A DNA stretch of 63,228 bases from Nemertoderma westbladi. Its lineage: Eukaryota > Animalia > Xenacoelomorpha. Within the stretch, counting starts at the first letter, position 1. Every line of letters starts with the position of its first letter. Shown in pieces: positions 38,001 to 62,812 of this stretch. Below the pieces are notes generated by a model. The model had not been told where the DNA came from. It saw only the letters and a list, made by a program, of their open reading frames with translations, and did not search any database. The position numbers and the translations under genes are program-made. The stretch covers positions 1 through 63,228 of the forward strand of contig JAUCBJ010007588.1 of the NCBI GenBank assembly GCA_032718475.1. Reading direction: 5' to 3'.

Positions 38001-40216
38001 GGAGTTTCTACTTCGCTAGCAGTATAGATGCGTGTAGGCTCCACACCTTGCGCATGCGATACTTCAGACCTAACAGGTTGACACATTGTTACAGAGGGTG
38101 GTGGTATACCCCTTTGAGTATTTACTAATTTATCGCGTTCTAGCGCGATACTTTGCTGCACTTCTTGCAACTCGAGCCTACTTTCCCTTACTGTGCCCTT
38201 GAATTGCTGGACAGTCTCCTGCATCTGCCCGAGCAGGAGATCCATCCCCCGCCGTCTCTCATCCACCCATTCGACCGCCGAAGCGGGAGTCGCCAACGTT
38301 GTAGCGGGCGGACGAGGGACGACGGGCGACAAATTATGAATATTTCGCTCGGGGTCCAGAACCTGAACTGTCTCTTGGGCAGTTCTACGGGGCACAGGTA
38401 GCTTAGTGCTATGCAGAGGGAATTTAGAGGTAGTCTCAGGGAGCACAGGTGTGTCTATCACCGAAGGGGTGATTTCCAGAACAGGCCTAATTACTTCAGG
38501 CTCATCTACTATAGTAGGGAGTCTTTCTATTTTAATTATTTGGTCTGTGGGCTCTGTACTACCTAAGTTGGTGTTATTTAGTTGCCTTCTAACAGCTGGA
38601 GGCAAATCAGGCAATTTCTGTCGGTGGAATGTTCTTTTACGTCTGCTTAGACGAGATCTATTTCCATTGCCTTCAGTATCGGTGGTATCGCCTTCCTCAG
38701 ATGATGTATATCCCTGTCTTTTGGGAGTAGATCGATTCATCATCTGCATATTACTAGCTGTTAACTGTTTATTTATGCAGTCTTGATTCTCCTGAATGTT
38801 TTCCAATTCTAATTGGATGGTTTCTTCAGCCGCTCTCCGTTCTGCTTCTGCCACTGCCTCTGTCGCTTTTCTTTCCGCTTCGGCCGCTGCCATTGCCGCC
38901 TTTCTTTCTGCTTCTGCCGCTGCCTTTTCCGCTGCCGCTTTTCTTTCAGCTTCGGCCGCTTTTGCCTCTGCCGCTGCCTCTGCCGCTGCCTCTGCCGCTG
39001 CCGCTTTTCTTTCTGCTTCTGCAGCTACCACTGCTGCTTTCTTTCTGTCTTCTATGCGTTTTTTCTTTACTTGCTCTTCTTGGACTCGTGTCAGGCGGAG
39101 TTGTTCATCAAATTTGGCCTGATTCGCAGCCCTCATTTCCACATCGATGGCATCCAACACAAGCTTGGTTCCTTCACTATTAGGGCTAAGTCCCTCTAAC
39201 CTTCTCCTCAACTCGTCATCACCTAAAAAACGTTGATAGTCTGACAGATAGATGTCAATGGCATCCCTCTTATGCGGTTTCTCTGCCGTCGCTTCACTTT
39301 CCACTTGGGAAAAAGTAGCGTCTGTTGATTCTCCATGGGTTGAGCGCTCCTCCAGCTGAGTTTTCCACTGAGCTGTTCCTTGAACCTGGCGACTCACCCG
39401 TTGAAACCACGTTTTTACGGCAACTTGCAACGACGTGTCTTGTCTTCGTTTAGAAGCCTCCTCAAAGGCCGATAATATTAACCTGATTCGTAGAATTCTT
39501 TCTCTTACTTGATAAAGCAGCTGTCCCTGCTCTTGAGGTCCCTGAGGTTGTTGTAACAGTTGTTTTTCTACTCGCTCCATAGAGCTGAAGAATCCCTGTG
39601 CGTATCCGGCTGCGGACCTCTTCCACACAGCGGGATCTATGGTTTCTTTGGCTATTCCCATCCGGTGTATGTCTTCCCAGGCAGCTTCTGATAAATCAAA
39701 CGGGAGTCCGGGTCCGGGGAAGTTCCATTGCGACTCGACCATGGACTTCAGTTCTTCTCTTGTGTATCCAGCATAACTATCTCTAGTTGAACGCTGGCTT
39801 CTCGCCCAATCGATCTGGTGTTCTTCCACAGCGATCAATAACCTGGTGAGTACGGCTGCAGGAAGGATGAGAAGGGGATCCGAATAAACCGCATCCGTCA
39901 TCTTTGCTCCGCGCTCGGGTGTCAGCTCTACAGTATCATCACTACTGGAACTGTTGGGCCGCTGAGAAATAAGTTCTTGTCTCGCGGGTTGTTGCTGTTC
40001 TGCTGCTTCTTGGTCCCGCTTGACCTGAGCTCGAGTGCCTATGATAGACCTACGATGTTGGACCAGCCTAGGTTTGGTTATTACTACAGGAGGGATGACC
40101 TTCCTCACAGTGGGAGGTGAACTGAACTTACGACTAGACGGTTCTACGCCTCTATCTGAGTCGCAGATAGTTACATCTAATAAACTGTCTGACAGGTTCT
40201 GCTTAGTATCAGACAT
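32081..40216 (-). pseudogene. Single-frame BEL gag-pol polyprotein (2712 codons) with two in-frame TGA stops
   Basis: ORFs 35786-40216, 32375-35659 and 32081-32371 share one frame. Three Zn knuckles, protease LLDSGS, RT YMDD, RNase H HVFGDAS, integrase HHCC with GVDLFGP / SDKGTNF / GGSWERLI. The second stop replaces the Gly of the conserved GD.V motif. Confidence 0.93.
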
Positions 40217-41519
40217 GTTTATGTATACAGTTGAATGTCTACTGCTGTATTACAGTCTGAGCAAGTCTAGTAACTCAGTATTAACTGCTAGCCTAGTAAT
40301 TAATTACCGATACTGCTACTCAGTGTAGCGTGATATATATGATATATTAGAATACCTGTATGCTTATAGTATATATAACTATAAGTATTATTACAGACTA
40401 GGTTTATCACAGAATACCGGTATAATTTTAGCACAAATATATATAAATATATAATAGGCCTATCGGGAATACCGGTATACAGCTTACAGTTTGTAGTATA
40501 TATAATTCTGGACTAGAATTAATTATAAGTACCGGTATAATTTCAGCCTAGATTTATAGAAATAAAGATAATAGGCCTATCGTAAATACCGGTATATCAA
40601 TTATTTTAAATAATTGAATTTCTGAATTTTAGGGTTACTTGGTTACTTTAACTTACTTTATTACCGTTATTTAAGCAGTAGTCCAACTGATATTGAGACC
40701 TAATTGTTGTATGGTAGGCCTACTTATTTATAAATCGTTAGATTTGATTTATAATATATATATACCCGTTTTAATGGGTTTAGTCAATGTTTGAAATAAA
40801 TGTTATTATTTCTGGGGTAATCACTATACAAAGCGGTACGCTTTCAGTGAAGTGTCACTTATAGGACACTAAAACAAATAATACTAATTTACCTAAGTTA
40901 CTTAATACTACAAATTACGTACAATTCGGGTGAGATTACAATCTCTAAATAAACACAAAAATTTACAAAACACAAAATACGAATTTTCAGGGTAATTTTA
41001 CAAGAAGTCTACAAACCAGCCTAACAAAGGGTTAGAATCTGGTTATTACAACGGACAGGGTACTGCGGTATTTGAAAATAATACATAGTAGTAAATACAC
41101 TGCGTTGTCCAGATAGGAAAATACCACCGCCTGACGACCTATAGCCGTATCGCTATAGGTTCTACGTTATGTATCACGGAGTGTTCCTACCTAGAAGTTA
41201 ATAGAGCTAATCGAACGTGCCTATCAACCACTTTACAACACAAATATAATGCCTACACTAATTACTTTCGGAAAGCACTGTACACTAAACCCTAAATTAG
41301 GTACGAGTACTTGTATAACATATAATCTGTAGTTAAATATACTTGAACAGCTAAAAGAACCACGGCATCTGCTGGAGTGACCGATGCACAAAATCACCAG
41401 TCTTTACCTACGCCAAGCAGCCCGTGTAGTACCGGGGTTAATTTAACTATAGCGGTATGTATAACAAACACAATAACTGTAGGAACAAACTTGGGGAATG
41501 AATGTTGCGGATAATCGCT

Positions 41520-42110
41520 AATCGATAAATAAATATTACGCTACGCGTACAAACTACTCAAACAAAATGCAGACCGAACACTGACAGACTACTATCAAGC
41601 CTAAACAAACTACGGTATATGCAGACTCCGAAATAATTAGGTAGTATGCGTTCTAACCCAGTAGTACGACTTATTCTTTAATTGGGGGTTTACCTTACAG
41701 CATTCGCTGCCCCTACTTCCTAACCGTTCTTTATCGGACAAGTGATCTACACACGCTGCAATCCGTTCAGACCTAACAACAGCCAGACAACTATCCAGCC
41801 TACAAATTATCTAAATAAATATTATACGCTACCCGTACAGACTTACACAAACAAAGTACAGACTAAACGATGGCAGACTACTCTCAAGCCCAAATAAACT
41901 ACAGGACATGCAGACTCCGAAATGATTAGGTAGTATGCGTTCTAACCCAGTAGTACGACTTATTCTTTAGTTGGGGGTTTACCTTACAGCATTCACTGCC
42001 CCTACTTCCTAACCGTTCTTTATCGGACAGGCTCTACACACACTGTAATCCGTTCAGACCTAACAGCAATCAGACAACAGTCCAACCTACAAATTATCTG
42101 TACAATCTGA
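41520..42110. repeat. ~290-bp tandem duplication in the long leader (counterpart at ~24900-25480)
   Basis: Block tagtatgcgttctaacccagtagtacgacttattcttta occurs twice in the inner leader; a homologous block occurs twice in the outer leader. Confidence 0.8.
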
Positions 42111-42271
42111 TCAGGCTTACATGCCTTCTGTTCAATACTGGCCTACAAATAAATAAAACTGACAGAAATAGGCCTAAGTAAAATCCCAATAAAAACCAGG
42201 CGTCCCCGATTAATTATTAAGACCTACCGGCTTATAAAGATCAAATCGAATAATACTGCTGTACTTATACG

Positions 42272-42420
42272 GGAAGTACCGGTTAGGACAGTTGGGCCTA
42301 CGGACCTACAGAAGTACCGGTTCTGGCAGTTGGACCTACGGACCTACGGAAGTACCGGTCCTGACAGTTGGGCCTACTGACCTACTGAAGTACTGTTCAG
42401 GTTTACCGGTTGACCGGTAC
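42272..42420. repeat. ~38-bp repeat x3-4 just inside the PBS (counterpart at 25650-25800)
   Basis: gaagtaccggtt..cagttggRcctacggacctac units. Confidence 0.8.
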
Positions 42421-42450
42421 TTTCAACTTTATTGCTTACTGCAATAAAGC

Positions 42451-42462
42451 TATATCCGTTAT
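42451..42462 (-). promoter_or_regulatory. Non-tRNA primer-binding site, inner element (AUAACGGAUAUA)
   Basis: Abuts the LTR terminal CA. Exact 12-nt complement of LTR 43218-43229, also present in the 3' LTR at 26839-26850. Confidence 0.75.
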
Positions 42463-43645
42463 TGTTCGCGCTTTCAGACCTTTGGCAGTTTAACCCGCCA
42501 AATTATGATGTCTTCTAGATAATAAATCACTTTTAGTCTATGACAAGTATTTAATTCACTACACTAGTCGAAACCAATCTGTGCGCGATCATTCACCCGC
42601 TGGATATACCCGGGAGATTGGGTTCGACGGCTTAATCTTATTGCTATGTAAGCCTAATGTATTATTCGACTGACAGTATTATATAATCTCTGACAATATT
42701 ATTCACCTTCGGGGAATATTAACAGTTCCTTTAGGACGTGGCGCTCTATCTATACAAACAGAGTTATGACTTAAACTACTCACAACGATATGGCTTAGTT
42801 ATAATTCACATATATGGCGCATTCTTTAGGAAATGCTTCGTTATCAGTATCACTCATACACAATGCTGCACAATACTGCACACTGATCTGCCGATCTTCA
42901 CTGATTTTAGTTATATATAAAAGGAACACGGACCGACTCATGTAGGGTCTATCAAATAACATTAGATTCACTTCAAACCACTTTAACATAAGTCACAATC
43001 GTTATATGTAACCTTTCTCTCTTACCTTCGGTATATCAAGAATATTGGGTTTCGGGGTTATTTATCGTTATTCCAAATATAATAATTCATCAACCATATT
43101 ATGAAGAACTGACAGTAAATAGCAGTATAACAATATAAAAGTATGCACAGTGATTCAGTGTGCGTTAAGTTCATTAGTTTATGAGTTTGTTTTGTTTGTT
43201 ATGATCAGTTTGGTTTGATAACGGATATATGCCCTTTATAATTAAGCCTACTAGTGTTAGACTAAAACAGGAAAGCACAAAATATTTACAAGCCGTTCTC
43301 TCCTGGCTCAGGAAAGAAAGACCAACAACACTGAAAACTGATAAGAATAACCTTATTTACAAAGGCTTCCACCCAACACAGAGAAAGAGCATAAAGATAG
43401 GAAAATTCAGTTCAGTAGATCTGTGATAGGTCGAAATCAAAATCAACTCAAATTCTATTGGCAGATACTTTCCCAAGCTGGTTGGACAATCAAACGTAGC
43501 CCAGATCCCTTCGCACAGCGAATCAGCCAATCAGCCGGTAGCTTGCGCTATTCGAGTTATAGATCCCTTTTTAGAGTATTCTAGCGACTGGGGGGGAACT
43601 GGTTAGCAAGGCAAACGAATCAGTTATCCCACAAAAGCTTTTACA
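42463..43645 (-). repeat. 5' LTR of inner element
   Basis: Direct repeat of 26084-27266. Confidence 0.97.
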
Positions 43646-43650
43646 ATAAT

Positions 43651-44665
43651 TTCTGACTAATATTATTCACTTTCGGGAAATATTAACAGTTCCTTTAGGA
43701 CGTGGCGCTCTATCTAGGTAAACAGAGATATGACTTATACTAATCACAACGGCAAGTCGGTAAGGCTTATGATTCACGTATGAGGCGCATTCTTTAGGAA
43801 ATGCTTAGTTATCAGTCACAATCAGGCACACTACCAGTAACACACAATACTGCTCACTAATTTGCCGACCGTCAATGAATTTTATCCTATATAAAGAGAA
43901 CAGCAACGGACTCATGTAGTGCTTATCAAATAGCATTAAATTCACTACAAACCACAATAATATAAGTCGCAATCGCTATATATAACCCGTCTCTCTAACC
44001 TGTAGTGTATCAAGAAAATTGGGAAATTTGGGTTCTTTATAGATGTTATCCAAATAATATTCAACCAACTGATACAAAATATGACAACAGCAAACAGCAG
44101 CACAACAATGTATGTTGAACCGATAATGCAAGACTGAACGGAGTTGCACCGATAACAGTTATACGCTCTATAATTTAAGCCTACTAATGTTTCTTCTAAA
44201 GTATGAAAAACGAATTGACTCTAGAGCCGGTGTTCCTGGCCTAGATAGAAACAACACAACAGTAACAAGAAAAACAGTAAGACTGAACACTCCTAGCATG
44301 ATCTGCCAAAATATCTCCACATCGACAGAAAAAATCGCTCTGATTGGCTGTTAAGCTAAACAAAGAACCATGTGTCCAATGGCCGTTTCCATGTCAGCAA
44401 CCAGCTGTTAGATGTCGTAAGCTGAATCATCAAGGCTAAGCTGTGCCAGGGTATTTGGTGCATTGCGGGTTTTTTGCCTTACCATGTCCGCCAAAGCACA
44501 CATATAGAAGAATGACGTTTATGTCCGTTAAAACACCTATAACGGTACCTTGCGGGCGAGGGGGATATATATATAGTTAGAGAGCTTTTTAGAGTATTCC
44601 AGCGCCTGGGGGGAAACTGGATTGCAAAGCAAAAGGGCCAGTTATATCCCACAGAAGCTTTTACA
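43651..44665 (-). repeat. Outer 5' LTR, remaining portion
   Basis: Matches 14282-15296. Confidence 0.95.
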
Positions 44666-45475
44666 ATAGGTGTAGTCCCATAGATATTAAAGTAATTTAT
44701 GTGTCAATTTTCAGTAACGTGATGCACGGTCGTCATCAGGGTGTAATGGCAATCTCTGATCTCCACGGTACTTCAACCTGCAGATCTGTCTGCTGTCAGA
44801 CAACAGGCAACAGCTTTTACTGCATACTGTTACTGTATAAACAGCAAACATCGTTCTGATTATTTATATTTATGACGAGTAAGGGTCTTCTTGATGAGCC
44901 ACGGCTAAAGTCCCTTACTTGTAATAAATATTATAATTTGAGTATGCTTACGCCACGAAAGGCATCGATCCATTAGATGAACTTGTTCTGATTTATATGT
45001 TGCGGAGTAACCTAACAGCCATCATCGCGGGACTATAGTCGACACCAGCAACGACTCCCATCTGCCCCTCTTTATCAACCGTCATCCATGGGACTTGAAC
45101 AGTACTTGATTACAGCATTGAAATGTTTTTGATGTTTTGTTTTGAAAGTAAAAAATATAGAAATCTGGAAGTTTTGTTTGTTTCAATTTTCAGGCAGTCA
45201 CATCCCACCAACCCACAGTCCCATTCCCACTATCCCATGAACATCTGTTTCATTATAAGTGCATTTCTTTAGTATATCATCAGTGGCGGATCTAGGACCT
45301 AAATCCCATATCGGACAGTCGGAATAATTCCAATCTCGATGATAGGAATTAATCATTAAACCGATGAGATTCAAATCCCATCTCAAATTAACAGCAAAAC
45401 AATAAACGAAATTCAATAGCTTACAGTTATATTTGATTGTGTTAAAAAAAGTTAAAAGAAAGAAGAAGTTAAATT

Positions 45476-45635
45476 TACGGAGCCCCTAAGGGGACATTAA
45501 AATAAATAAAAATTCTAACACGAACTTCGTGTTACTAACACGAACTTCGTGTTACTAAGACGAAGTTCGTGTTAGTAACACGAAGTTCGTGTTAGAATTT
45601 TTTTTTATTTTTAATGTCCCCTTAGGGGCTCCGTA
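45476..45635. mobile_element. 160-bp palindromic MITE, IS3EU-type ends
   Basis: TACGGAGCCCCTAAGGGGACAT...ATGTCCCCTTAGGGGCTCCGTA with 6-bp TSD TAAATT (45470-45475, 45636-45641). TAYGG termini with a 6-bp TSD fit IS3EU. Confidence 0.8.
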
Positions 45636-46987
45636 TAAATTGCATATCCATTAAAATATCATGAAATTGATACGGGACGGCAGTTTACAGTCGATTAAAA
45701 AGGCCACAGTAAGATTTATAAAATGAAGAATAAGTATAAAATCAACACACAATATTATCAATATAGATATTGAAGACATAATTCAATAAACAAATATTAT
45801 AAATAAAATATATATTCCGTATTATTAATCAGTCTACATACTGTACAGCATTATAATCCAAACTTTTAAACAACTGGTAGAATTCGTGGAGTTGCACTAA
45901 ATCCAATCGGCGGCATTGATTCTCAAATGTGGGCAGTCCAAATCAATGAAAGTGGTGGCCGGGATATGCTGATATGATAACCACGGAACCGGAACGGCGA
46001 TCTCGTGGCATATGGCTCTATGCGCTGGACTGCTGGATGCTTTTTATAGTAAGATCGTTTAGCCAACTCTATTAGGCAACCAAAAACAAACAGCGTTACT
46101 AACAATTAATACATTAGATATAAATACATCAGAGACTGAGAGACTACCTTTGCCACTGGTTCAGTCCGGTATCATTGTTAGCGTTTTATGAACCACCTAC
46201 ACCCACTCATCCTCAGCTCAGACCCCCATGACGAGCGGTAACCCTAACCGTTGGTCGATTCCTCTTTGACTGGAAACATACGGTTCGGCCCATACAAAGT
46301 CATTATCCTCCATCATAAGATCTACAGTATGTATCGGTATATCGTTCAGTCGTTTTCTTCCATTGTCACTACTGTAGTAGTGATTGGCTCCGCTTCGTGG
46401 GTATTCCGGGTACCCCATTCGACGTATTCCCACCTCCCCCTTGTTGTTCCGGGTACCCCCGTTCGCCATGATTTTCGCATCTCCTTGCTGCCTTGTGGTT
46501 ATTCCGGGTACCCCTGTTTGCCGTATTCGCTTCTCCTCGTGGTTGTTCCGGGTCCGGGTACCCCCGTTCGCATTTGCATCTCCTCGAGCAGTCGAGGAGG
46601 TTCCGGTCCAGGTACCGGTGTTCGCCGTACGTAGGCCTATTCATTCATAAATTGTTGTTTTTAAAGACCTACCTACACCTACCTACATTCACCCTACACG
46701 TGCATCTACATGTAGGCTACACCTACCTACATGTAGCCTCTATGTAGGCTATACCTCTACGCAAAAGTTATATCCCTTTCAGTAAATGGAAGCAATTCTT
46801 GCCAATTCTAAAGTGAAAGTAAATAATAGTATCACAAGGTTAATCACACCAAATACCAGTAATTCAACAGCGGTAGGCCTAACGGTACCGGTATTTGTAG
46901 CACGTCCTACTGTACTATACTACAGTACAGTGGGACTTGCCCTGAACCTATATTAATTAAGTGATATTATTTATATCACTTAGTAAT

Positions 46988-47695
46988 GGTACATGCTAAA
47001 AAGTGGAATGAGCTAGAATGACCTAGAATGATCTAGAATGACCTAGAATGAGCTAGAATGACCTAAGAATGACCTAGAATGAGCTATGAGGAGATTATAG
47101 AATGCAAGAATGACCTAGAATGACCTAATAATCACCTAGAATGAGCTATGGGGATATAATAGAATGCAATACCGACCTATACCGAGCTGTAACAAGATAA
47201 GAATCGAGTCGTTTGAGTCAGGGATATGAATCGTTTTTTTCGAGAGCCAGCAATATGTCGTAGTATGGCGATTTCTAGTAAAGAGCAGGTAGTGGATAAG
47301 TTCTTTACATACAGCGCTTCGGTTTTGGAAACTACATACCGGAAGCCTATTAGTGCCGGACATAAACAAGGTAGTAAGCAGCATTCTTCTAAGCGAGCAT
47401 ATTACTACAAATAATAGTATTACTAATAATAATAGCTCATTCTAGGTGATTCTTATCTTGTTATAGCTCGGTATAGGTCGGTATTGCATTTTATCATCTC
47501 AACAGAGTTCGTTCTAGGTGATTCTTATGTCATTCTAGATAATTCTAGATCATTCTTGCATTCTATCATCTTCTCATAGCTAATTCTTAGCTCATTCTAG
47601 ATCATTCTAGGTCATTCTAGATCATTCTAGATCATTCTAGGTCATTCTAGATCATTCTAGATCATTCTAGCTCATTCTACTTTTTAGCATGTACC
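46988..47695. mobile_element. 708-bp foldback (MULE-like) element with 10-bp subterminal arrays
   Basis: TIR GGTACATGCTAAAAAGT, (CTAGAATGAN)n arrays in opposite orientation, 9-bp TSD CTTAGTAAT (46979-46987, 47696-47704). Confidence 0.88.
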
Positions 47696-47752
47696 CTTAG
47701 TAATATTTACTGAAAAAGTAACAGTAGGCCTAATATTGATCAAAATAAACAA

Positions 47753-47890
47753 AAATTACATAGATAACGTAGATAATGTACTGTATATGATTAAAATTAT
47801 ATAGATAACGTAGATAATGTACTGTATATGATTAAAATTACATAGATAACGTAGATAATGTACCGGTATATGATTAAAATTATATATCGT
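47753..47890. repeat. 41-bp tandem repeat x3
   Basis: aaattaYatagataacgtagataatgtactgtatatgatta units. Confidence 0.85.
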
Positions 47891-49210
47891 GGTAAATTCC
47901 TAAATTTTGTTGTTTATTTGTGATTTTCATTAAGATTAACTCTCTCTATCGTCTATAACAGAAGGGCTATACTGCAATAGAACAATCCTTGCGTTCTATT
48001 ATTGGTCAGCAATTGGGATGAAGTAAAACATTAATTGATTTCGTAAAAAAAATTAAATTTCTTGATAAATAAATATTGTTCTTTATGAAAACATAATATG
48101 TTGTCTAATTAACGAAATTTAATGATATTTAGCTCATTTGGAAGCCACACATTCCAGCATTATAAATATGTAAATAAATCGTTATGAAACTCAAAGGAAG
48201 TTACTCTTTATGTAATCAGATGGCGTTCTCTGATTACGTTGCGGCACTCTTACTAAGAGTTTTTATGTGGATAGAAGGCCAATAGAGTATTTCCTTACTT
48301 TCTTACCGACCTACACCCTTGGGAGTGCAGATACAACAATTGGAATCGCAATACATAAGGAATACATGTCATAAATAAATAAAGAATGTATTTCGGAAAA
48401 GTATTTATTTAAACCTCAAGCATATAAATAAATCGCTTTCCAATGTTATTAAAGTTATGCTTCAAATTATCATTTTATACATTTGAATATCTGTTTAGAC
48501 TGGTTGCCATAGTAACTAGATTTTCTAATTAACCTCAATCGGCTTGACTATGAGCCTTATAGTAGAGATTGATAAACCCCAAATTTATATCTAATTATTA
48601 TCTATTGACATCATTTGTGGCGAATATTACAACGTTCACAGTCCCCCAACACCATATTATTTATTAGCCGTCAAATATTAGCCGACAGACAGACAAACCG
48701 ACCTTTAAGACAGACAACGGTTGAAACAGCGGTGCCCGTATGCTAAGTTCGCTAATTCATAGCTCGTCTGGCCGCATGTAGACGCCGCTGTCATAATAGT
48801 ATAAAACATAATGTTAATCAACATAGTGAAGTTTTATTGTTTACAAAAACAGAGGAAAATTTAGTGTTAGACAATCAAATATAATATTTAGCAACAAATA
48901 ATCAAAACCACTCATTATTGGGTAAATTAATAACTCTATTAATTCAACTAAAATAATCATCCATACGTGATATTATTGAATAAATTTAAATATTAATCCT
49001 AATCTGGTAATTAATAAAATCAATCTACTGTAGCTTCAAGAATAAACATTTTGAATTTAAGTGAAACTCGAGAAAATATTTCGGCTACAAGAGTAAATAT
49101 TTAATAATTATAATAGCAAACAAAAAACACAAATAATGTCTCATCTAAATCAATCATTATCACGTTGTATTATTTAAAAATAAAATGTTATGTGTGTTAT
49201 TATTTATTAA

Positions 49211-49896
49211 GGGGGGGGGGGGGGGGGGGTCTAATTTTCTGACCAAAAAGTCACATTTTTTAAACATAATATCCTATCTGATGAGGAATTTCATGTTGAA
49301 TCCAAATCTGGAATCTATTTTTCAATATTTCGCTTAGTTTTCGAGATATCGGCAACCACTAAGGTTCCACCTTAGTGTAGTGGTTGCATTGAATTCACAT
49401 CTCCTGTAGGTCGTGGGTTCGATCCTCACTTGGGCCAGGGCAGTTTTCGTTTCCGCACGAATGCTTTAAAGGGACCAGCCAGGGCGCATCTCTGCCTTGC
49501 TACCACTTAAGTGGTAGCTAAATGAGTACTGGAGTTTCCTCTGGGGAGTAAAGTTCTGGGGGGACCGCACTGGAAATACGTCGTCAGACTTTGTGAGTAA
49601 TCACTGGCCTAGCGGCCGAAGAAAATTTACTTTTTTTTATCTGGGGTAGAAGATACTGGCACCGATATATCGCGTTATTAATCTCCAGTTGTAGTCGTAA
49701 TACGATTTTAGGCGCATTCGAAAGCTCTTTTCTCAGAGAACAAAGTTACCATTTGGTTTGACAAACTCTTGAAAGGTGGCTGAGCAATCAAAATCAAAAC
49801 CTTAATCAAATTAGTAAGCATATTATTTTTCGGCATCAGATAGGATAAAATTTGACTATTTGTTCGGAGAATCCCCCCCCCCCCCCCCCCCCCCCC
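49211..49896. mobile_element. Non-autonomous TIR element with G-run/C-run ends (Kolobok-like?)
   Basis: TTAA-G(n)...tatcctatctgatg mirrored by catcagataggata...C(n)-TAA. Confidence 0.55.
49363..49640 (+). mobile_element. tRNA-derived SINE, copy 1
   Basis: A-box TAGTGTAGTGG, B-box GGTTCGATCC; body homologous to 59912-60181. Confidence 0.85.
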
Positions 49897-50737
49897 TAAT
49901 AAACTTATAATATTTAAACTAACTACGAAATAGTCTATTACTTTCATAGAATGTAAATAACACGATCGTTCACAGCGACTAAATAAAATAATTAATGGTA
50001 CAGTTTGTGAAAAAGCAATAATTATTGGTTTGCGCACCTCAGAATGATAATTCGATTACACGAAACTAATTACAACATATAAACTCATAATATATTCCTA
50101 ATAAAGACACTAAAAACAACCACAGCAATAAATTGTAAAAACTGGAACGCAGGTATTTATCTATTTACAACTTAGGAACTATAATATTCATCTATAAATA
50201 GCAATGTTTGCCCTTTTGGGCGGTGAATAATATTATAAATCATAATTGAACACTAGAAAGAGGACAAATACCAGCCAAAAAACTACGTAAACCTCTATAA
50301 TAATAGTCAGTCAGTGCAGCCAACGTCTCTGGTACCACCCAGAACGAGCAGTAACGTTTACCCTTGTGTGTGTTGTGTGTTAGTTAATAAAAACAAAACA
50401 GTAGTGAACAAATGGTAAAAATATAGGGAATATCCAATATTAATTGTAAAATCTATCAAGAGAGATTAGCTCATTAACTTTCCATCTCACCAAATCCCTA
50501 ATTAATAAACTCAATGCGCCCGAAAATTATGACTCACCACTACAATATGACAAATATTACTCATTAAACACAATATTCTTGCAAATTAGTTTCCAATTAT
50601 TATTTAAACATTCAACACAATAGTTTCTTAGGAACCCACTATAGTACTAAATAGACCCCTACCCCTCCACACACAAAGGATATACCGCTGGGTACCGCTA
50701 GATGGCTCCACTCCATATACTATGTTGGCCGGAGCTT

Positions 50738-62812
<12,075 letters not shown>

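Larger units (their letters stand above)
26084..43645 (-). mobile_element. Inner full-length BEL/Pao LTR retrotransposon, 17,562 bp
   Basis: 1183-bp LTRs, perfect 5-bp TSD ATAAT (26079-26083 and 43646-43650), BEL domain order gag-PR-RT-RH-IN. Confidence 0.97.
14041..44665 (-). mobile_element. Outer BEL/Pao LTR retrotransposon, internally deleted and non-autonomous
   Basis: TG...CA LTRs. 5-bp TSD GTAGG/ATAGG with one mismatch. gag, Zn knuckles and protease retained; RT, most of RNase H and the integrase core are missing. Confidence 0.93.
13943..46775. mobile_element. Non-autonomous MULE-like DNA transposon (~2.2 kb of own sequence: 13943-14040 plus 44666-46775), host of the LTR elements
   Basis: ~105-bp TIRs (GGgTATAtCTTTTGCGTAGAGGTATAGCC... 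versus reverse complement of ~46670-46775). 9-bp TSD CTTTCAGTA at 13934-13942 and 46776-46784. Confidence 0.8.

Noticed and set aside
46218-46650. Transposase within the MULE-like element
   Set aside because: Only short ORFs built on GTTCCGGGTACCCC repeats, with no recognisable DDE motif.
49363-49440. tRNA gene
   Set aside because: A and B boxes are present but there is no convincing cloverleaf, and the sequence continues into a body shared with 59912-60181, so it is a SINE head.
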